NCBI GenBank assembly: GCA_036389955.1
Contig: DASVVJ010000282.1
Location: forward strand, 1 to 30,410
Direction: 5' to 3'
DNA: 30,410 bases
Origin: Myxococcaceae bacterium
Lineage (GTDB): Bacteria > Myxococcota > Myxococcia > Myxococcales > Myxococcaceae
Each line of letters starts with the position of its first letter. Within the stretch, counting starts at the first letter, position 1. The position numbers and the translations under genes were made by a program. Below are positions 24,672 through 30,410 of this stretch, piece after piece. Below the pieces are notes generated by a model. The model was not told where the DNA came from. It did not search any database and was given only the letters and a program-made list of their open reading frames with translations.

Positions 24672-26030
24672 ATGCTTCCCGAGCCGATCACCAAAGCCAT
24701 CTTCTGGGCCAGTGACTTCGTGTGGGGTCCCTGGACCATGGCCCTGCTGCTTGGCACCGGCCTGTTCTTGACCCTGCGCTACCGCTTCGTTCAGGTGACG
24801 CGCTTCCCCGAGGCCGCGCGGACCCTCATCCCCGCTCAGCAGGAAGGCGCCAAGGGCGCGCTCTCTCCCTTCCAGGCCTTCATGACGGCCCTGGGCGCCT
24901 CCATCGGCACCGGCAACATCGCTGGCGTGGCCACCGCCGTGGTCTCCGGCGGTCCCGGCGCCGTGTTCTGGATCTGGTGCTACGGCTTCTTTGCCACCGT
25001 CATCAAGCTCACCGAGGCCGTGCTCGGCATCCGCTACCGGCAGATCAAGGACGGGCACCTCTCCGCCGGGCCCATGCACTACCTGCGCGAGGGGCTACGC
25101 TCGCCCCGGCTGGCGTGGGTCTACGCGCTGGTGGCGGGAATCGCCGCCCTCACCACCACCCCGTTCACTCAGCCCAACTCCATCGCGGTGGTGCTCAAGA
25201 GCCAGTTCCAGATTCCCACCTGGGCCTCGGGACTCGGCATCGCCGTGCTGGCCTGGCTCGTCATCATCGGCGGCGTGCGCTCCATCGGCCGGGTGGCCGA
25301 GAAGCTCGCCCCGCTCAAGGTCGGCCTCTATCTGGCCGGCGGCCTCTGGGTCATCCTCTTCCATGCCGGAGAAGTCCCTGGCGTCTTCGCCCTCATCTTC
25401 CGCGAGGCCTTCTCGCTGGAGGCGGCCGGCGGCGGCGCGGCGGGCGTCGGCATCATGGTCGCCATGCGCTACGGCATCGCCCGCGGCATCTACGCCAACG
25501 AGGCCGGGTACGGCACGGCGGCGGTGGCCTACGGCACCGCCCGCAGCGAGCAGCCCATGCAGCAGGGGCTCAACGCCGTCATGGAGGTCTTCATCGTCTC
25601 CTTCGTCACCTCCTCCATCAGCGCGCTCACCATTCTGGTCAGTGGCGTGTGGCGCTCGGGAGAGACGAGCACCGCGCTGGTGGCCACGGCGTTCAACACC
25701 GCGCTGCCCACCGTGGGCGGCTGGGTGGTGGCCTTCTGCTCGTTCCTGTTCGGCTACACCACGCTCATCGGCTGGGCGTACTACGGCGAGCAGTTCCTCG
25801 AGTACGTCGTGGGCAGGAAGGTCACCCTGCCCTACCGCTGGGTGTACTGCGGCCTCATCTACTTCGGCGCCGTGGGCAAACCCGAGACGGTGTGGGCGTG
25901 GGGCGATCTGATGAACGGCCTGCAGATCTTCCCCAACCTGGTGGGCATCATCGGCCTGTCCGGCGCGGTGGCCGCCGCGCTGCGTGAGCGCAGCAGCTCC
26001 TCGCTCGTGCCACCCGCGGCGAAGAGCTGA
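24672..26030 (+). CDS. Alanine/glycine:cation symporter (AGCS family, TC 2.A.25).
   Basis: 'IGTGNIAGVATAV', 'GGPGAVFWIW' and 'GIRYRQ' are present. ATG 24672 is chosen because the position of the N-terminal W matches family members. Confidence 0.85.
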   Translation: MLPEPITKAIFWASDFVWGPWTMALLLGTGLFLTLRYRFVQVTRFPEAARTLIPAQQEGAKGALSPFQAFMTALGASIGTGNIAGVATAVVSGGPGAVFWIWCYGFFATVIKLTEAVLGIRYRQIKDGHLSAGPMHYLREGLRSPRLAWVYALVAGIAALTTTPFTQPNSIAVVLKSQFQIPTWASGLGIAVLAWLVIIGGVRSIGRVAEKLAPLKVGLYLAGGLWVILFHAGEVPGVFALIFREAFSLEAAGGGAAGVGIMVAMRYGIARGIYANEAGYGTAAVAYGTARSEQPMQQGLNAVMEVFIVSFVTSSISALTILVSGVWRSGETSTALVATAFNTALPTVGGWVVAFCSFLFGYTTLIGWAYYGEQFLEYVVGRKVTLPYRWVYCGLIYFGAVGKPETVWAWGDLMNGLQIFPNLVGIIGLSGAVAAALRERSSSSLVPPAAKS

Positions 26031-26034
26031 GGCG

Positions 26035-27369
26035 TTACGCCCGGGCCCCCGGCACCACCGGGCCGTCGTAGCGCAGAGGCACCCCGTCATCCGGCGCCAG
26101 GGTGACGTTGCGGCGCACCGGACGGATCGGCCGGTCATGCGCCAGCGTGAAGCGGTGCGCCGCCAGCAGCGTGCCCAGCGCCACCTTCATCTCGTAGAGC
26201 GCGAAGGCCGCGCCCAGGCACCGCCGGGCTCCGCCGCCAAAGGGCAGGTACTCGAACGGCGAGAACTTGCGCTCCAGGAAGCGCTCGGGCCGGAAGCGCT
26301 CCGGCTCGGGGAAGGTGACCGGGTTGTGGTGGGCCAGGGTGATGGCCGCCATCACTCCCATGCCCTCGGGCAGCACATGCCCTCGCAGCGTCAGCGGCGC
26401 CCGGAGCTTGCGCGTCACCAGCCCCACCACCGGGTACAGCCGCAGCGTCTCGTCGCACACCGCCGACAGGTACGGCAGCTTCGCCAGCGCCTCGGGCTCC
26501 GGCCGGGGCCCCAGCCCGCTCAGCTCCTGCTCCAGCTTCTGCCGGGCCTCAGGGGTGCGGTGCAGCCAGTACAGCGCCCACGCCATGCCAATGGCCGTCG
26601 TCTCATGGCCCGCGATGAGCATCGTCAGCAGCTCGTCCTTCAGCTCCCGCTCGGACAGCGGCTGGCCCTCCTCGTCCCGTGCGGACAGCAGCAGGGTGAG
26701 GATGTCCTCCCCTCCCCGGCCGTCCGCGCGCCGGCGGGCGATCTGCTCCGTCAGCAGCGCATCGAGCGCCTGTGAGTGCCGCTCGAAGCGCGCCCACGGC
26801 CCGATTCCTCCGAACGAGCGCCGCAGCGGCACCAGAAGCATGAGCAGCGGGGTGAACGCGTCGGCGTACATGGTCACCGCCTCCATGAAGCGCCGCACCC
26901 GCTCCGGCTCCTCCACTCCGAACACGGCGCGGATGATGATCTCCAGCGAGATGGCCTGGGTCTTCCGCATCGCCACCAGGGAGTCTCCCGGGCGCAGCCC
27001 CTCCATCACCTCCAGGGTGGCCTGCTGCATCAGCGTGCCGTAGGCGCGCATCCGCTCGCCATGAAACGGCGGCATCAGCAGCCGGCGCTCCCGCTTGTGC
27101 CGCTCTCCACTCAAGAGCAACATCGAGTTGGCGCCCACCACCGGCTCGAGCACCACGCGCGACAGCGGCTCGAAGATGGACGGATCCGCGGAGAAAATCT
27201 CCCGGATCCCATCCGGCTCGCCGGTGGCCACGATGGTGCCCATGGGCAGCTTGGCGATGAAGGGATCCCCGTAACGCTGCGAGTTCTCGCGGAAGAACAC
27301 CGCGGGGCTCTTCATGAAGCTCAGCGTCTGCAGCGGAGAGAACCGCGGTCCTCGGAGCGTCTCGGGCAT
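26035..27369 (-). CDS. Cytochrome P450.
   Basis: Heme-thiolate loop 'FGGGARRCLGAAFA', 'AGHETT' and the ExxR region 'ETLRL' are present. Confidence 0.9.
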   Translation of the reverse strand: MPETLRGPRFSPLQTLSFMKSPAVFFRENSQRYGDPFIAKLPMGTIVATGEPDGIREIFSADPSIFEPLSRVVLEPVVGANSMLLLSGERHKRERRLLMPPFHGERMRAYGTLMQQATLEVMEGLRPGDSLVAMRKTQAISLEIIIRAVFGVEEPERVRRFMEAVTMYADAFTPLLMLLVPLRRSFGGIGPWARFERHSQALDALLTEQIARRRADGRGGEDILTLLLSARDEEGQPLSERELKDELLTMLIAGHETTAIGMAWALYWLHRTPEARQKLEQELSGLGPRPEPEALAKLPYLSAVCDETLRLYPVVGLVTRKLRAPLTLRGHVLPEGMGVMAAITLAHHNPVTFPEPERFRPERFLERKFSPFEYLPFGGGARRCLGAAFALYEMKVALGTLLAAHRFTLAHDRPIRPVRRNVTLAPDDGVPLRYDGPVVPGARA

Positions 27370-27384
27370 GGTGTTCTTCGTGGC

Positions 27385-28113
27385 CTAGCGCCAGGTGGCG
27401 GAGAGTTCAGGGAAGAAACGCTGGTGCATGCGCTGGCAGTAGCTCACCAGGTTCTCACGCGACCGGCCAAAGTCCTTCACCGGACTGGACAGCCCCATGC
27501 CGAGCATGTTGCCCACGTACGCGTAGACGGTGGCGTCCACCGTGGTGGGCTGCTCGCCGAGGAAGAAGGGCCTGGAGCCCAGGTAGTCGGAGACCGCCGT
27601 GAGGTCCTCCTGGCCCAGGCGATGCACTTCGTCGGCCGAGTGGCGCCCCATGCCCTGGGCCTGGAGCTGCGCCAGGAACATCTGCCGGTACTGGTCCGTG
27701 GCCGGCGGGCGGTGCTCGGCGGGAAGGAAGTCCAGCATGCCGATGATGAGCTCACGGTAGTGCGACCAGTTGCGCTCGTCCTTGTAGCGCTCGTGGATGA
27801 TGACCCAGTAGAAGTGCTCCTTGAGCATCCGGCGGAACGACGTGGCCACGGCGCGCTGCTCGGCGGAGAGTGCGGCGTCGGGATCCTTGCCCCGGGCGGC
27901 CTTCAGGTGCGAGACGATCAGCGTCGAGTCGCCGATGCGCGTGCCGTCCTGCTCGACGATGTAGGGAACCTTTCCCTTGGGCGCATTGGCGATGTCCAAC
28001 GGCGCCACCTCATAGGGCACGCCCGTGATGCGCAGCCACGTCTCCAGTTTCATACAGGCAGGGCTCACGTTGGGCAGCCCCCACGCACCCCGAGTCTGGA
28101 CCAGACGGATCAT
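27385..28113 (-). CDS. Glutathione S-transferase-family protein (thioredoxin-like N-domain), located upstream of and co-oriented with the P450.
   Basis: ATG 28113 follows the SD GGGGAGA. The gene is 15 bp from the P450 start. Confidence 0.6.
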   Translation of the reverse strand: MIRLVQTRGAWGLPNVSPACMKLETWLRITGVPYEVAPLDIANAPKGKVPYIVEQDGTRIGDSTLIVSHLKAARGKDPDAALSAEQRAVATSFRRMLKEHFYWVIIHERYKDERNWSHYRELIIGMLDFLPAEHRPPATDQYRQMFLAQLQAQGMGRHSADEVHRLGQEDLTAVSDYLGSRPFFLGEQPTTVDATVYAYVGNMLGMGLSSPVKDFGRSRENLVSYCQRMHQRFFPELSATWR

Positions 28114-28223
28114 CTCATGTCTCCCCAAGCGAGTGAGGGTGTGCAGTGTACAGCTTCGCAGGCCCTGGGAAGGCGAGTAACCTGGTCACGGGTTCATCCG
28201 TAGACGACCGTGGAGGAAGCGCC

Positions 28224-28916
28224 ATGAAGCCAGCCCTGTCTCTGAACGGAGCGCCTGCCCGGCTCCTGCCTCTGGATGCCCAGGCTCCCACGGTGGTGGA
28301 GACCGCCACCTTCTCGTTGGGTTGATTCTGGGGTCCGGACGCCCGGTTCGGGTGTCTACCTGGAGTCATCCGCACCCGCGTCGGCTACACCGGCGGCTCG
28401 CTGGCGGATCCGACGTATGAGGAACTGGGGGATCACACCGAAGCCCTGCAGATCGACTTCGATCCGCGGCGCATCTCCTACGTAGAGTTGATGAAGCTCT
28501 TCTGGGAGGACCACGATCCCAGCGAGCGCCCGTACAACCGCCAGTACATGTCCGCCGTGTTCTACCCGAACAAGACGCAGTGGGCGCAGGCGCTCGAGAC
28601 GGGGCAGCAGCGCATGGCGGGCAAGACGGTGGCGCTGCGCACGCCGCTGATGCCGCTGGCCACCTTCTACCGGGCCGAGGACTACCACCAGAAGTACTAC
28701 CTGCGCCGGTACGCGAACCTGATGAGCGAGTTCGAGGGCTACAGCGAGCAGGCGTTCACCGACTCCACCGTCGCGGCGCGGCTCAACGGGTACGTGGGAG
28801 GCTACCGCCCGGTGGAGGCGTTGCAGGCGGAGCTGGGCCCGCTCGGACTGTCCGAGCCGGGCCGCAAGCACCTGGTGTCCCTGGTGACGGAGACCCTGGC
28901 GCGGCGCCGCTACTGA
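28224..28916 (+). CDS. msrA: Peptide methionine sulfoxide reductase MsrA with an in-frame TGA at 28323-28325 replacing the catalytic Cys codon. It is a candidate selenocysteine-containing MsrA, or alternatively a nonsense pseudogene.
   Basis: ATG 28224 follows the SD GGAGGA with a 6-nt spacer. My translation is MKPALSLNGAPARLLPLDAQAPTVVETATFSLG-[TGA]-FWGPDARFGCLPGVIRTRVGYTGGSLADPTYEELGDHTEALQIDFDPRRISYVELMKLFWEDHDPS... It matches the MsrA consensus ATFAGGCFWG...GYxGG...NPTYEEV...HAEAV...FDP...ISY...FW..HDP on both sides of the TGA in a single frame. The track shows only the C-terminal fragment 28488..28916. Confidence 0.6.
28333..28361 (+). promoter_or_regulatory. bSECIS-like stem-loop about 12 nt downstream of the in-frame UGA of msrA.
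   Basis: GACGCCCG-GUU-CGGGUGUC forms an 8-bp stem including one G.U pair. It is extendable by GGU/ACC. The apical loop region GGUUC contains G and U and lies about 20 nt from the UGA. Confidence 0.4.
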
Positions 28917-28920
28917 GCCT

Positions 28921-29916
28921 TCAGCGCACCGCCCGCGCCAGCTCGCGGCCTCCCAGCACCACGCTGCCCACCAGGCCCAGCCCCATGGCCAGCACTCCGG
29001 CCGTCATCCCCGCGCGCACCCAGCGGGGCGTGGGCGGCACGCTGCCGTACTGGCCCACACCCTCGGGGGTGGAGTGGAAGAGGTTGCCGTCGGTCCGGGA
29101 GATGGGCTCGGAGCGCTGCTGCATGGGCACGCCCCAACGGGCCATGATGGCGTTGCCCACGAAGGGCACCACGGTGTCGGCGAACAGCATCAGCCAGCCC
29201 TGGAGGAACACCGGCACCCGCGTGCGGCCCGGATGCAGGGCGCACCGCACCACCGAGCGCGCCGCCACGTCCGGCTCGTAGACGGGAGGCAAGGGCTGCG
29301 GGGCCCGGATCAGCTGCGTGGGCGCGTGGTCGAACATCGGCGTGGATACGCTGGGCACCAGGACGCCGGAGACCTGGATGCCCGAGCCCTTCAGCTCCAG
29401 CGTCAGGCTCTTCTGCCAGCCCAGCAGCGCGTGCTTGGCGGCGGCGTAGACCGACAGCAGCGGCGCGGCGCCCTTGGACAGCATGGACAGGACGTTGATG
29501 ATGTGGCCGCTGCCCTGAGCGCGGAAATGCGGCAGCACCGCGCGGGCAAAGCGCATGTAGCCGAAGCACGTCACCTCGAAGGTGCGGGTGATGTGCTCCC
29601 AGGGCAGCTCCTCGAAGAGGCCGTAGGACTGCACCGCCGCGTCGTTGACGAGGATGTCCACCCGCCCGTAGTGCTCGACGCACTGGCGCACGACGTTGTC
29701 CACGTCCTCCTGCTCGGTGACGTCACCGGCCACCACGAGACACTCGGCGCCCTGGGCTTCCACCAGTTGCCGCAGCTCCTCGAGCGCCTCGTGCCGACGC
29801 GCCGTCACACACAGGCGCACGCCCTGCTCGGCCAACCGCACCGCGCACTGCCAGCCCACGCCGCTGGATGCGCCCGTCACGATTGCCACCTGCCCTCGCA
29901 GTTCTTGCTTTCCCAT
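28921..29916 (-). CDS. SDR-family oxidoreductase with a C-terminal hydrophobic extension.
   Basis: 'VAIVTGASSGVG' and 'YAAAKHAL' (YxxxK) are present. ATG 29916 follows the SD AAGGAG with a 5-nt spacer. It is convergent with msrA, with stops 4 bp apart. Confidence 0.8.
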   Translation of the reverse strand: MGKQELRGQVAIVTGASSGVGWQCAVRLAEQGVRLCVTARRHEALEELRQLVEAQGAECLVVAGDVTEQEDVDNVVRQCVEHYGRVDILVNDAAVQSYGLFEELPWEHITRTFEVTCFGYMRFARAVLPHFRAQGSGHIINVLSMLSKGAAPLLSVYAAAKHALLGWQKSLTLELKGSGIQVSGVLVPSVSTPMFDHAPTQLIRAPQPLPPVYEPDVAARSVVRCALHPGRTRVPVFLQGWLMLFADTVVPFVGNAIMARWGVPMQQRSEPISRTDGNLFHSTPEGVGQYGSVPPTPRWVRAGMTAGVLAMGLGLVGSVVLGGRELARAVR

Positions 29917-30077
29917 GTTGGCTCCTTGAGCCCTCCAAGGCTGGGCATTCCCGCCTTCCCGGCCCACTGGAGCCTGCCCTCCTGCCTGCTCAGGGAGCAG
30001 GCCCTTCACGGTCTCCGGTGCCTTGACTCAGTCCATAGGCAGTTTCACGGGCGTAGCCCTCCACGGAGGAACTGGGG

Positions 30078-30410
30078 ATGAGGAGCCAGCTTCTGGACGA
30101 TCTGCGTTGCGGCACACGGGCCGGAGCCCTGGGAGGACTGGCCGTGGCGGGCACGGCGGCGGTGCGTAACCGGTTGCTGGGACGGCCTCCGCCCTACTCG
30201 CAGCGGCGCTTCATCTCGACCGTGGCCCGGCGCGCGGGCTGGCGGCTCTCCCCGGCTCAGGTGTGGGTGAGCGGGGCTCTGTTCCGACTGGTGTACAGCA
30301 TGGGCTTTGGCCTGCTCTTTGGAGCCCTGGGCCGCCGGTACGCCCTGCGCAGCCCCGGCGCCGCGGGCGTGGCGCTCGGCACGTCGGTCCTGCTCCTGGA
30401 GCACCTGACC
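30078..30410 (+). CDS. Hypothetical membrane protein, partial, that continues beyond the window end.
   Basis: ATG follows the SD GGAGGAA with a 6-nt spacer. The frame is open to the window end with high GC3 and hydrophobic segments (GALGGLAVAGTAAV..., LVYSMGFGLLFGALG). It is not in the track because it has no stop. Confidence 0.5.
   Translation, partial: MRSQLLDDLRCGTRAGALGGLAVAGTAAVRNRLLGRPPPYSQRRFISTVARRAGWRLSPAQVWVSGALFRLVYSMGFGLLFGALGRRYALRSPGAAGVALGTSVLLLEHLT

Noticed and set aside
28224-28916. msrA as a simple nonsense pseudogene
   Set aside because: Not fully rejected. The TGA falls precisely at the catalytic Cys codon, the rest of the frame is intact with a good SD, and a SECIS-like hairpin follows, which favours Sec. 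Pseudogene status or a sequencing error remains the alternative.
1-30410. CRISPR arrays, tRNA/rRNA genes, IS elements or transposases
   Set aside because: I found no regularly spaced direct repeats, no tRNA-like T-arm (GGTTCGAATCC) in non-coding DNA, and no transposase or integrase-like ORFs. The lower-GC toxin islet has no flanking repeats or mobility genes within the window.

Overview
This is a high-GC (~70%) myxobacterial-type chromosomal window that is densely coding, mostly on the minus strand. I call 26 protein genes and no rRNA, tRNA, CRISPR or IS elements. The provided ORF track omits ORFs that run off the window edge and cannot see a UGA-interrupted gene, so several calls come from my own translation.

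Gene order, left to right:
- Partial fusion protein with a family-1 glycoside-hydrolase-like N-domain and a dTDP-4-dehydrorhamnose-reductase-like C-domain (-).
- hflX GTPase with an N-terminal extension and no canonical start codon (-).
- Two-gene operon: a 156-aa unknown protein followed by a PilT-family retraction ATPase carrying an extra N-terminal domain and a Pro/Ala linker (-).
- Secreted lipoprotein built from two tandem ~99-aa novel repeats plus a PAPPAP microsatellite (+).
- Peptidoglycan-binding GH19 lysozyme/chitinase-like protein (-).
- Secreted FAD amine oxidase (-).
- A clear bacterial homologue of the eukaryotic major vault protein, 762 aa, preceded by a sigma54-type -24/-12 promoter and a palindrome (-).
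- CPBP (CAAX) intramembrane protease (-).
- Secreted esterase with a CBM-like N-domain (+).
- Seven-gene glycan-modification operon on the minus strand: SDR epimerase/dehydratase, small coiled-coil protein B, GT2, FkbM methyltransferase, small coiled-coil protein A, two-domain GT4, VOC protein. Each glycosyltransferase is preceded by a paralogous ~100-aa coiled-coil protein, and most junctions are translationally coupled.
- Lower-GC islet holding a lipoprotein polymorphic toxin with an LHH/HNH-like C-terminus, overlapped by a two-CxxC(G) immunity-type gene (SitA/SitI-like).
- Secreted DmpA/S58 peptidase (-).
- Alanine/glycine:cation symporter with tandem hairpins in its leader (+).
- Cytochrome P450 and GST operon (-).
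- msrA whose catalytic Cys codon is an in-frame TGA followed by a bSECIS-like hairpin, a candidate selenoprotein missed by the ORF track (+).
- SDR oxidoreductase (-).
- Partial membrane protein (+).

The most notable items are the vault-protein homologue, the Sec-MsrA candidate, the toxin/immunity pair and the duplicated module of a small coiled-coil protein followed by a glycosyltransferase.
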